From Ignavibacteria bacterium (lineage in GTDB: Bacteria > Elusimicrobiota > Endomicrobiia > PHAN01), in NCBI GenBank assembly GCA_041694835.1, contig JBGFRZ010000015.1, forward strand, positions 1-38,895: 38,895 bases of DNA. Reading direction: 5' to 3'. How positions within the stretch are numbered: the stretch's first letter is position 1; each line of letters starts with the position of its first letter. Made by a program: the position numbers and the translations under genes. The notes below the pieces were generated by a model. It was not told the DNA's origin. It was given only the letters and a program-made list of their open reading frames with translations, and did no database searches. Of the stretch, positions 28,385 to 37,160 are shown one piece after another.

Positions 28385-28960
28385 ATGAAGTCGTTAAAAG
28401 GAAGTGAGACGGAAAAAAATTTGTTGAAGTCATTTGCAGGAGAGTCACAGGCAAGGAACCGCTATACTTATTTTGCCGGCGTTGCCAAAAAAGAGGGTTA
28501 CGAGCAGATAAGCGGATTTTTCATTGAAACGGCGGACAACGAAAAAGAGCACGCCAAAGTGTTTTTCAAATTTCTTGAAGGTGGCGATCTGGCGATAACG
28601 GCCGAATATCCCGCGGGAAAAATCGACAATACCGCCGAAAATCTTTCAGCCGCTGCCGACGGAGAAAAAATGGAGTGGGGGACTCTCTATCCGAATTTTG
28701 CAGCAGTCGCCAAAAAAGAGGGCTACGACGAGGTTACTAAGGCATTTGAAGAGATAGCGAAAGTAGAAGCGTTTCATGAAAAAAGATATCGCTCGCTTTT
28801 AAAAAATGTCAAAGAATCGTCTGTCTTCAAGAAGCAAAATCACATAAAATGGCACTGCAGAAACTGCGGATATATTTACTACGGCAGTGAAGCGCCGCAG
28901 ACATGCCCTGCGTGCAAACACCCGCAAGCGCACTATGAAGTTCTCGCAGAAAACTATTGA
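28385..28960 (+). CDS. rbr: Rubrerythrin
   Basis: FAGESQARNRY, ETADNEKEHA, EAFHE, CRNCG..CPAC. AAGGAGG RBS. Confidence 0.95.
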   Translation: MKSLKGSETEKNLLKSFAGESQARNRYTYFAGVAKKEGYEQISGFFIETADNEKEHAKVFFKFLEGGDLAITAEYPAGKIDNTAENLSAAADGEKMEWGTLYPNFAAVAKKEGYDEVTKAFEEIAKVEAFHEKRYRSLLKNVKESSVFKKQNHIKWHCRNCGYIYYGSEAPQTCPACKHPQAHYEVLAENY

Positions 28961-29729
28961 GGCGTTGCTCAACTCCGCCAGAAAAGCCGTTCTTGAAGGC
29001 GGCGAGACGCTTAAAAAATACCACCGACACGGCTTTGAGGTCAGATATAAAGGCGAGATAGACCCGGTCACCACCGCCGACACAAAAACTGAGTCGTTCA
29101 TAATAAAATATCTAAAAAAAAGATTTCACGACATAGATTTTTTGTGCGAAGAAAGTTGCTCAAAAGACAAAAAAGACGGGGTCTTCTGGATACTCGACCC
29201 GCTCGACGGAACTGTCAACTTCGTCCACGGCTGTCCCATTTTTTCGACATCGCTCGCTCTATACAACGATGGCGAAATTGTGCTCGGAGTAATAAACGAT
29301 GTAATGCGTAATGAACTCTTCTGTGCGAGCAAAAATAAGGGGGCATTCTTAAACAACTCTGCTATTTGCGTCTCAACCATCAAAGAACTTGGGCGTTCTC
29401 TGCTGGTGACCGGCTTTCCTTATTATATCAAGGAAAAGCACTCGCGGGTAATCAAAAATTTCAAAAATCTCGTTCTTTCGGCACAAGGCATAAGACGGCT
29501 CGGTTCAGCCGCACTTGATATGGCATATGTTGCCGCTGGTAGATTTGACGGGTTTTGGGAAGAAGGTCTTTCACCCTGGGATGTTGCGGCCGGCGCGCTC
29601 ATCATAAAAGAAGCGGGCGGAAAAATTTCGGATTTTTTTGGAAAAAATGATTACTTATTTGGTAAAATGCTCGTGGCGACAAATAGCCATATACACGGCA
29701 GTATAATAAAAATACTGACTAGTCCATAG
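28935..29729 (+). CDS. suhB: Inositol monophosphatase family protein
   Basis: VTTAD, CEE, WILDPLDGTVNF, RRLGSAALD, WDVAAG. Start uncertain; overlaps rbr. Confidence 0.9.
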   Translation: MKFSQKTIEALLNSARKAVLEGGETLKKYHRHGFEVRYKGEIDPVTTADTKTESFIIKYLKKRFHDIDFLCEESCSKDKKDGVFWILDPLDGTVNFVHGCPIFSTSLALYNDGEIVLGVINDVMRNELFCASKNKGAFLNNSAICVSTIKELGRSLLVTGFPYYIKEKHSRVIKNFKNLVLSAQGIRRLGSAALDMAYVAAGRFDGFWEEGLSPWDVAAGALIIKEAGGKISDFFGKNDYLFGKMLVATNSHIHGSIIKILTSP

Positions 29730-29918
29730 AGAGTGTAAAAAAATTAAAAAGTTTAGAGTTTAGAGACAAGTGAAGAGGTTGGCGTATAAAAATTATTGGC
29801 AGAACGAAATACCGCAAAGCGTTAAGTGTAAAGAGTTTAAACCATTCCAGCTTTTCACTTTCCGTATTTTTCTCTGTCCTCCTGCCTCTATTTTCTCGTC
29901 TCTAAACTCTCAACTCTA
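29730..29918. repeat. Complementary 7-mer arrays forming a long imperfect hairpin
   Basis: AGAGTTTAGAGAC (29755-67) is complementary to GTCTCTAAACTCT (29898-910). Confidence 0.65.
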
Positions 29919-29933
29919 TAAGGAGGAGTAAAG

Positions 29934-30119
29934 ATGAGAGTTAAAGTTCTTGAAGATGTTTGCACTGGTTGTGGTCTTTGTGTTTCGGATGCGCCGGATA
30001 TTTTCGATGTGCCAGAAAGCGTGGCAAAAGTAAAAGTGAACCCGGTTCCCGGAGAGCAGGAAGATGCGGTAAAACAAGCGGTGGCTGATTGTCCCGTTGA
30101 AGCAATAAAAATAGAATAG
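29934..30119 (+). CDS. fdx: Single-cluster [4Fe-4S] ferredoxin
   Basis: CTGCGLC...CPVEAI. AAGGAGG RBS. Confidence 0.92.
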   Translation: MRVKVLEDVCTGCGLCVSDAPDIFDVPESVAKVKVNPVPGEQEDAVKQAVADCPVEAIKIE

Positions 30120-30134
30120 GGGGTGATGAAAATT

Positions 30135-30191
30135 ATGGGATGCGGCAAAAAACACACCAAAAAATCGAAGAAAAAGACAAAAAAGAAGTAA
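30135..30191 (+). CDS. Putative 18-aa Lys-rich peptide MGCGKKHTKKSKKKTKKK
   Basis: Strong SD-like AGGGGGTGA (30118-26) 8 nt upstream. Lies directly after the ferredoxin stop. Confidence 0.55.
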   Translation: MGCGKKHTKKSKKKTKKK

Positions 30192-30308
30192 TGTAGCCCG
30201 CCGATTTATCGGGGGGAGCGAAGCGAATGATGAAATGAATTTGCAGTCCCGCTTTAGCGGGACTGCTTTGATGCATTCGGGGGGCTTTGAGACGGAGGGT
30301 GTATCAAA

Positions 30309-30959
30309 ATGAAAAAGAAAACCGAGCCCTTAACCGTCATTGAACTCTTGAAAAAGGAATATCCCGCCGCGAAAATTGCGCTAAATTACACGACTCCGTT
30401 TGAACTCCTTGTCGCCACAATACTTTCCGCACAGTGCACTGACGAAAGAGTCAATATCGTGACGGAAAAGTTGTTCAAAAAGTATAAAACACCCGAAGAT
30501 TTTGCAAACGCAAATCTCTCAATATTTGAAAAAGAGATTTATTCAACCGGATTTTACAAAAACAAAACCAAAAACATAATAGGTGCCGCAAAAAAAATCA
30601 TAAACGAATTCTCGGGAAAAGTTCCTGATAGCATGGAATCTCTTTTAACGCTTCCCGGTGTTGCAAGAAAAACAGCCAATGTCGCGCTTTACAATGTTTT
30701 TGGAAAAAATGAAGGTATCGCCGTCGACACGCATGTTTTTAGATTATCTCATCGTCTGGGACTTTCAAATAGCAAAACCGCCGAAAAAGTAGAAAGCGAA
30801 CTTATGAAAATTATCCCACATAACGACTGGGGTATAATTTCACACTTGCTTCAGAGCCATGGCAGAGCAATTTGTTCCGCCCAAAAACCAAAATGTCAAA
30901 AATGCATTCTCTCAAAAATGTGTCCCAAAACAGGAGTGAATAATCCGGAGGTGCGGTGA
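30309..30959 (+). CDS. nth: Endonuclease III
   Basis: LLVATILSAQCTDERVN, HhH LPGVARKTA, VDTHV, C-x6-C-x2-C-x5-C. Confidence 0.95.
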   Translation: MKKKTEPLTVIELLKKEYPAAKIALNYTTPFELLVATILSAQCTDERVNIVTEKLFKKYKTPEDFANANLSIFEKEIYSTGFYKNKTKNIIGAAKKIINEFSGKVPDSMESLLTLPGVARKTANVALYNVFGKNEGIAVDTHVFRLSHRLGLSNSKTAEKVESELMKIIPHNDWGIISHLLQSHGRAICSAQKPKCQKCILSKMCPKTGVNNPEVR

Positions 30960-31126
30960 AAATAAAGATAAGCATAAACGGTAAATCAATTCCCGTCAAC
31001 CCTTTTGTGGCACTTTTTATGATCAACTCTATCAAAGGGATGATAAAATCGCTTAAGGGTGTTTCAAAAATAAATAAAATCAAGATTGAAATAGTAAGCG
31101 AAGCGAACCTTGTAAACCCCCGATGA
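30956..31126 (+). CDS. 56-aa protein resembling the C-terminal domain of some MobB proteins
   Basis: GGAGGTG RBS and GTGA overlap with nth. Sequence KISINGKSIPVNPFV..MINSIKGMIKSLKGV. Below the ORF-track cutoff. Confidence 0.7.
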   Translation: MKIKISINGKSIPVNPFVALFMINSIKGMIKSLKGVSKINKIKIEIVSEANLVNPR

Positions 31127-31128
31127 AT

Positions 31129-31387
31129 GAGGCCGCTGACGCTTTGCTAAAACCTCATCACAGAGACACAGAGAAAAAACTTTACCACGAAAGCGCGAAA
31201 GTTAGAAATCATGGAAAATCCCCCTCTATCCCCCTTTTTTAAGGGGGAAGCGAAGTGGGGGATTTACAGTGACTTGTGCACTTGTGCAGACCAAGGTCTG
31301 CAACTACAAAACTTGTGCTTTGTTGCAAAAAATTTCTTACACATTTCTTTGTGTCTTGTGTGGTAGAAGAACTTTTTCAATAATCTC
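31129..31387. mobile_element. Degenerate MITE related to family A ends, filled with hairpin modules
   Basis: Left end GAGGCCGCTGA. Right end TTTTTCAATAATCTC is identical to the family A end. ATGAAT direct repeat at 31123-28 and 31388-93. Confidence 0.65.
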
Positions 31388-31423
31388 ATGAATTGTGGGG
31401 CGAGCGAAGCGAAGAAATTGACA

Positions 31424-33094
31424 ATGCGTACAACACTTCTTATCTGCGGAAAAGCCGGGCAGGGTATCCAGACGATAGGTTACATAATTTCAAAATTGTT
31501 CGTAAAGTCGGGCTATGATATATTTGCCTGGCAGGATTTTCAATCGAGAATAAGAGGGGGAGAAACATCATTCAGAATTGTTGTTTCCGACGGAAAGGTG
31601 CGTTCTCTTCCGGAATCTTTCGACATAATTGTCTCGCTGGACAAGGAAAATACAAAATTTTATCTGCCTCTTCTCAAAAAAGAAGGCATCGCAATCTATC
31701 AGGGGGCGACCGACAAAAATGTCATTTCACCTCCGATTGAAGAGCTCTCCGAGAAAGCGGGAGGAAGCAAATTCTACGCCAATATGGTTTTAACCGGCAT
31801 AATCGCCGAGGTGGTTTGTGGGGAGCTCTCTCTCGTCAATAACATAATTAAAAGGGAATTCGAAGATAAAAGCGAAGATGTGGTATCCGCAAATATCAAT
31901 GCGGCGAAACTTGGTTATGAATGGTCACTAAAAAATAATGTAAAAAAATTTTGTAAAATAACTCCAAAAAAATCTGATGGCGAAAAAATGCTTATTTCGG
32001 GCAATGAGGCCATCGCTTTGGGCGCGATCGCAGGCGGATGTAAATTTATTAGCGCTTATCCGATGACGCCTTCTAGCGGCATCATTACATATCTATCGAA
32101 AACTTCCGACAAGACGGGCATTTTAGCCGAGCAGGCGGAAGACGAAATATCGGCCGTCAATATGGCTATCGGCGCATCTTATGCCGGCGCAAGAGCGATG
32201 ACATCAACCAGTGGAGGTGGATTTTCTCTGATGGTCGAGGGGCTTTCACTTGCTGGCATGACAGAGATACCTCTCGTAATCGTATTAGCTCAACGACCAG
32301 GACCTGCGACTGGTCTGCCCACCCGTACGGAGCAAGGCGACCTGCTTTTTGCGCTGCATGCCGGCCACGGCGAATTTCCAAGATTTATATTTGCACCTAC
32401 ATCCGCTGATGATGCTTACAAATTAATGCTCAAGGCATTTGACATGAGCCAAAAATACAGAGTTCCGGTAATTATTCTTTCCGATCAATATCTGGCAGAT
32501 TCTTACTGGACCTTGAACAATTTTGATGTAAACGCCATCGCACTGACCGATTATTATGCGCAAACCCAAAAAAATTTTATGAGTTATAAAATAACCGACA
32601 GCGGAATTTCTGCCGGAATGAAACCCGGTTCAAGTGAAAATTTAGTAACCGCCGACAGCGATGAACACGACGAAAGCGGCCATATCACAGAGGTTCTTGC
32701 AATAAGAAAAAAGATGAACGAAAAACGTTGGAGAAAATTTAAATTAATGGAAAAGGAAATTTCGCACCCCAAAATTTCTCCCTCAAAAGACCCCCAAATA
32801 ATTTTGGTCGCTTGGGGGACAAACTCGCTGATTGTCGAGGAAGCCGCTGAAAAATTATCTCAAAGCGGCATAGAATCAGTCGCCGTCTCATATTCCGAAC
32901 TATGGCCATTGAGAGTGCCTGAAGCGCTGATGAATGTCGATTCCATGATATTCGCTGTGGAAAATAATCTAACGGGTCAGTTCGCCAATCTGCTAAAAAC
33001 CAAAGGCGTCAAAATAGCAGGGATAATAAGCAAATACGACGGCGAGCCGTTTACATCCGAACAGATTGCAGAAGCGGTCAGAAAAAAATTATGA
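31424..33094 (+). CDS. korA: 2-oxoacid:ferredoxin oxidoreductase alpha subunit (gamma-alpha fusion)
   Basis: GKAGQGI, SRIRGG, SGNEA, YPMTP, QAEDEI, TSGGGFSLM, RPGPATGLPT. Confidence 0.92.
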   Translation: MRTTLLICGKAGQGIQTIGYIISKLFVKSGYDIFAWQDFQSRIRGGETSFRIVVSDGKVRSLPESFDIIVSLDKENTKFYLPLLKKEGIAIYQGATDKNVISPPIEELSEKAGGSKFYANMVLTGIIAEVVCGELSLVNNIIKREFEDKSEDVVSANINAAKLGYEWSLKNNVKKFCKITPKKSDGEKMLISGNEAIALGAIAGGCKFISAYPMTPSSGIITYLSKTSDKTGILAEQAEDEISAVNMAIGASYAGARAMTSTSGGGFSLMVEGLSLAGMTEIPLVIVLAQRPGPATGLPTRTEQGDLLFALHAGHGEFPRFIFAPTSADDAYKLMLKAFDMSQKYRVPVIILSDQYLADSYWTLNNFDVNAIALTDYYAQTQKNFMSYKITDSGISAGMKPGSSENLVTADSDEHDESGHITEVLAIRKKMNEKRWRKFKLMEKEISHPKISPSKDPQIILVAWGTNSLIVEEAAEKLSQSGIESVAVSYSELWPLRVPEALMNVDSMIFAVENNLTGQFANLLKTKGVKIAGIISKYDGEPFTSEQIAEAVRKKL

Positions 33095-33930
33095 TTACTG
33101 CCGAAGAATATAAGAACGAAATCAAATCCGCCTGGTGTCCGGGTTGCAGTAATTTTGGAATCCTTACCGCTGTCAGAAACGCTCTCTTCTCAAGCAGGAT
33201 TAAACCCCACGAAATCGTGCTTGTTTCGGGAATCGGTCAGGCAGCCAAACTGCCTCATTATTTGAGATGCAATTTCTTTAACGGACTTCACGGCCGGGCC
33301 CTGCCGGCGGCAACCGCGATAAAAGCTGTAAACCCCAATCTCAAAGTCCTCGTCACCACCGGAGATGGCGATTGTTATGGCGAAGGCGGAAATCATTTTA
33401 TTGGCGCTGTAAGACGCAATCCGGATATTAAGGTGGTTGTTCACAACAATGAAATCTACGCCTTGACAAAAGGTCAGGCATCGCCAACAACGCCGTATGG
33501 AACAAAAACCAAATTACAGTTTGACGGCGTAAAAATACCCCCCTTTGACCCTCTTCTCGTAGCGCTCGCGTTGGGCTGCGGTTTTGTGGCAAGAGGTTTT
33601 GCGGGCGAACTCGTTCATTTGGCTGATTTAATTTCGGAGTCGTTTAAGTTTAAGGGATTCGCTCTTATAGATGTCATTCAGCCATGTATCATATTTGGTC
33701 AACATAAGCCGGAATTTTATAAAGATAAAGTTTTCAAACTTACACGAGAGCATTGTATCTCGGATTATGATTCCGCAATGAAACTTCTGAGAACTTCGAC
33801 CGAAAAAATTCCGATAGGCATATTCTATAAGAAAGAGAGAGAGTGTTTCGGAGCCAAAAGCGATATAACCTGCTCCGAGCCCGAAGTGATAAAAAGAAGT
33901 GTTGCCGAACTGATGAGTGAATTTTGTTAA
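33091..33930 (+). CDS. korB: 2-oxoacid:ferredoxin oxidoreductase beta subunit
   Basis: WCPGC, SGIG, LHGR, TPP motif GDGD..NN, LTKGQASPT, QPC. Confidence 0.92.
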   Translation: MITAEEYKNEIKSAWCPGCSNFGILTAVRNALFSSRIKPHEIVLVSGIGQAAKLPHYLRCNFFNGLHGRALPAATAIKAVNPNLKVLVTTGDGDCYGEGGNHFIGAVRRNPDIKVVVHNNEIYALTKGQASPTTPYGTKTKLQFDGVKIPPFDPLLVALALGCGFVARGFAGELVHLADLISESFKFKGFALIDVIQPCIIFGQHKPEFYKDKVFKLTREHCISDYDSAMKLLRTSTEKIPIGIFYKKERECFGAKSDITCSEPEVIKRSVAELMSEFC

Positions 33931-33943
33931 AATGGAGGACTTT

Positions 33944-34384
33944 ATGCAAAAAAAACTATTGGTGGTTGTCGTAGTATTTTTTGCGGCAACTTTTAATGCA
34001 GTCTTACGAGCCGGAAAAGAAGAAGATGACGCTTTCCGCGTAGAACGTTCTCAATCTTGCGGGTTGGACTGCCGCTCTCATAAAGCGCAAAAAGTAAGCA
34101 AAGAAAAAGAGTCCGGTTTCATCAAAAAAGGAGAAGCAAAAATATCATCGGGGAAAGCGTCGGACAAGAATTTTTCGCCGCAGGATTTTATCGTTGAAAA
34201 ATCCGCTTATGGCAGAACGGTCAGCTGTCCGGTAATGAAAAAGAGATTCAAAATCAATAAGAATACACCGGGCATAAGATACAAAGGCAAAGAATACTAT
34301 ATGTGCTGTCCCGCGTGCGCGGCGCCGTTCAAAAAAGAGCCCCAAAAATATCTAATTCCGGATTCGTTTGAGAAAAAGAAATAA
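33944..34384 (+). CDS. Exported YHS-domain metal-binding protein
   Basis: Signal peptide. CPVM...YKGKEYYMCCPAC..F..EPQKY. GGAGG RBS. Confidence 0.8.
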   Translation: MQKKLLVVVVVFFAATFNAVLRAGKEEDDAFRVERSQSCGLDCRSHKAQKVSKEKESGFIKKGEAKISSGKASDKNFSPQDFIVEKSAYGRTVSCPVMKKRFKINKNTPGIRYKGKEYYMCCPACAAPFKKEPQKYLIPDSFEKKK

Positions 34385-34466
34385 ATGCCCGACGGATAAA
34401 AAATAAAAAAATGTGGTATTAAAAATCCAAATCGGGGTTGTCTGACAGCCTCTCAAGGAGGGAGTT

Positions 34467-34850
34467 ATGGTTAAAAAAAGAGCGGAAGTTTTTAGGTGTG
34501 GTGTTTGTGGAAACATCGTCGAGGTTTTGTTCGCCGGAGGTGGAGAGTTGGTCTGTTGCGGAAAGCCGATGCTCCTTATGGAAGAAAAAACCGAGGAGCA
34601 GGGAAAAGAAAAACACGTTCCCGTGATTGAAGAAACGAAAAACGGTGTAAAAATCAAAGTGGGGGCGGTTCCGCATCCTATGGAAGAAAAACACTACATC
34701 CAATGGATTGAGGTCATAACAGACGAAAAAATCTATCGTAAGTTTTTATCGCCCCCAACCGTGCCCGAAGCCGAGTTTTCGATAAATCCAAAAGAGGTCA
34801 AATTGGTGAGAGAGTACTGCAACGTCCACGGACATTGGAAAAACAAATGA
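34467..34850 (+). CDS. dfx: Desulfoferrodoxin (2Fe superoxide reductase)
   Basis: CGVCG..CCG centre [23 protein letters not shown]. Confidence 0.95.
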   Translation: MVKKRAEVFRCGVCGNIVEVLFAGGGELVCCGKPMLLMEEKTEEQGKEKHVPVIEETKNGVKIKVGAVPHPMEEKHYIQWIEVITDEKIYRKFLSPPTVPEAEFSINPKEVKLVREYCNVHGHWKNK

Positions 34851-34853
34851 ACT

Positions 34854-34882
34854 TTGATTGAATCTCGCGAAAGTGATATAAT
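34854..34882 (+). promoter_or_regulatory. Sigma70 promoter candidate for nifS-nifU
   Basis: TTGATT-17 bp-TATAAT with TG extension. Confidence 0.6.
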
Positions 34883-35180
34883 GATGCCGTTGGCAAATCT
34901 TGCCACGAAAAAAAGGAAATTAGTGAATTAGTGGACTGGCGAATTAGTTGTGTGTAGAGACGAGCGTATAGAGGCGAGAGGATAGAAGTTAGAGCAGCAG
35001 AGCAGTAGCAGGGGATTGAGAACAGAAAAAAACAGGAAGCGGAAAGAGAAGAACGCAAAGCGTGAAGGGGGAACGGCTTTTAACTCTTTCCGATATACGC
35101 TTTACGCTTTGCGATATTTTATCTCTTACCCCTAATCTCTAATTCTCTCTTCTGTGGCAAATATCTTTTCAACGGTGTCA
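34882..35180. repeat. Long nested hairpin of 7/8-mer arrays in the nifS leader
   Basis: TGATGCCGTTG / CAACGGTGTCA, TTGCCAC / GTGGCAA, CGCAAAGCGT / ACGCTTTGCG. Confidence 0.65.
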
Positions 35181-35185
35181 TAAAT

Positions 35186-36436
35186 ATGAAAGTGGTATAT
35201 CTTGACAATCAGTCGGCGACACGAATTGACGAGCGCGTCTATGAAGCGATGTTGCCCTACCTTAAGGAAAACTACGGCAATCCTCAAAACCTTCATTCAG
35301 TCGGTTCAAAAGCAAAAGACGCTCTCGATAAATCACGACAACAAACCGCTGAGTTAATCTCTGCCGACCAACGCGAAATCATTTTCACTTCCTGCGGCTC
35401 CGAAGCAAACAACCTCGCCATAAAAGGCATCGCTCAAGCAAATGCAGAAAAAGGCAAACACATAGTCGTATCGGCCATTGAACACTTTTCCGTGCTTTAT
35501 GCCGCAAGACGACTTAAAAGTTTTGGGTTTGAAGTTACAACCGTCGGCGTCGACAAATTCGGAACAATCAATTTTGAAAAATTAGAAAAAGTGATTAGAC
35601 CCGACACGACACTCGTCTCCATACAGCACGCAAATACCGAAATAGGAACTATCCAGCCACTTGTCGAAATCTCAAAAATAATAAAAGAAAAATCCAAAAA
35701 TGCTGTGTTCCATACGGACGCCGTCGGAACGGCTGGTGTCATTGACATAGATGTAAAAAAACTCGGCGTTGACGCTCTTACTTTTTCCGGCTCGCAGTTT
35801 TACGGACCAAAAGGAGCGGCGGCTCTTTATCTCAAAAAAGGTATAAGAATGACAACTCAAATAGACGGCGGAATTCAGGAAGAAGGGCTCCGCGCCGGGA
35901 CGGAAAATGTCCCCGCCATAGTCGGACTCGGAAAGGCGTGTGAACTCGCAAAATCGGAGATGCTCGAAAACAATAAAAAAATGTTTTCGCTCAGAGACAA
36001 ACTTATCGCCGAACTACCTAAAAAAATCAAACACATCTACCTCAACGGACACCATCGCGAACGGCTTCCGAACAACGCCAACTTCTCAATAGAATTTATA
36101 GAAGGCGAAGGAGTCCTTCTTTTTCTAAATCAAAAAGGAATCTGTGTCTCAAGCGGTTCTGCATGCACCTCAAAAGCCCTAAAACTTTCACATGTCCTTG
36201 AGGCGATAAAAGTTGACCCGTCTGTGGCTCAGGGCTCAGTGCTTTTTTCATTGTCGAAATATAACACGAACGAAGAAATAGATTATGTTTTGTCTGAACT
36301 TCCGCCGATAGTTGAGCGACTTCGTTCAATGTCCCCGCTTTACGCTCATTTCATAAAAACCGGCGAGCGGCTCAAAGCGGGACCCGGAACTGATTATATA
36401 CACCGTCACAATGTTGAAAATGATTCAATCCGCTGA
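35186..36436 (+). CDS. nifS: Group I cysteine desulfurase homologue (NifS/IscS) with a non-canonical PLP site
   Basis: YLDN, GNP, FTSCGSEANN, EH, RAGTEN, SSGSAC. It reads SGSQFYGPKG where SGHKxYGPKG is expected. Confidence 0.9.
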   Translation: MKVVYLDNQSATRIDERVYEAMLPYLKENYGNPQNLHSVGSKAKDALDKSRQQTAELISADQREIIFTSCGSEANNLAIKGIAQANAEKGKHIVVSAIEHFSVLYAARRLKSFGFEVTTVGVDKFGTINFEKLEKVIRPDTTLVSIQHANTEIGTIQPLVEISKIIKEKSKNAVFHTDAVGTAGVIDIDVKKLGVDALTFSGSQFYGPKGAAALYLKKGIRMTTQIDGGIQEEGLRAGTENVPAIVGLGKACELAKSEMLENNKKMFSLRDKLIAELPKKIKHIYLNGHHRERLPNNANFSIEFIEGEGVLLFLNQKGICVSSGSACTSKALKLSHVLEAIKVDPSVAQGSVLFSLSKYNTNEEIDYVLSELPPIVERLRSMSPLYAHFIKTGERLKAGPGTDYIHRHNVENDSIR

Positions 36437-36658
36437 TGAGGAATCTTATTCTGATATTGAATCAAAAAGCAAAACAGTGATTTAAGAGCACAAGATACAG
36501 GAATTGTAGCGGTGGGATTGCATCCCACAAACACACCCCTGCACCCCTCTTAGTAGAGGGGAAATTGGCGAATGGCAATCCCGACACGCTTCGCTATCGG
36601 GACATGTTTCACCCGATACTTATGCCTTGTGGCATGTGCAGTAATTTAGGAGGAATAA

Positions 36659-37042
36659 ATGTCTTTTTATTCTGATAAAGTAATGGAACACTTCTCCAAT
36701 CCCAAAAATGTAGGAGAAATCAAGGACGCCGACGGAATAGGCGAGATGGGGAACCCTGTCTGCGGCGATATGATGACATTTTACATCAAGGTAAATGACA
36801 ATAAAATTGAGGATGTCAAATTTAAAACATTTGGTTGTGGTGCAGCGATAGCGGTGTCGTCGATGGTCTCTGAGATGGCGAAGGGAAAAACGCTTGATGA
36901 GGCGCTCAAAATCACAAACGCATCTGTCGCCAAAGAACTCGGCGGACTGCCTCCGAACAAAATGCACTGCTCGAATCTTGGAGCGGATGCACTTCACAAA
37001 GCGATAGAAGACTATAAAAAAAGAACGAAGGAGGCAAAATGA
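36659..37042 (+). CDS. nifU: Fe-S scaffold NifU-N/IscU
   Basis: YSDKVMEHFSNPKNVG, GNPVCGD, FKTFGCG, LPPNKMHCS. Confidence 0.95.
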   Translation: MSFYSDKVMEHFSNPKNVGEIKDADGIGEMGNPVCGDMMTFYIKVNDNKIEDVKFKTFGCGAAIAVSSMVSEMAKGKTLDEALKITNASVAKELGGLPPNKMHCSNLGADALHKAIEDYKKRTKEAK

Positions 37043-37160
37043 AATCCCCCTCTTCCCCTCTAAAAAGAGGGGTTAGGGGTGTGTTAAGAGAGATTGTGTC
37101 TGGGGTGTCTTGAAAAGTAGGGGATTTGCTATAGTTTTTAAATAATCGGAGGATTAAAAG

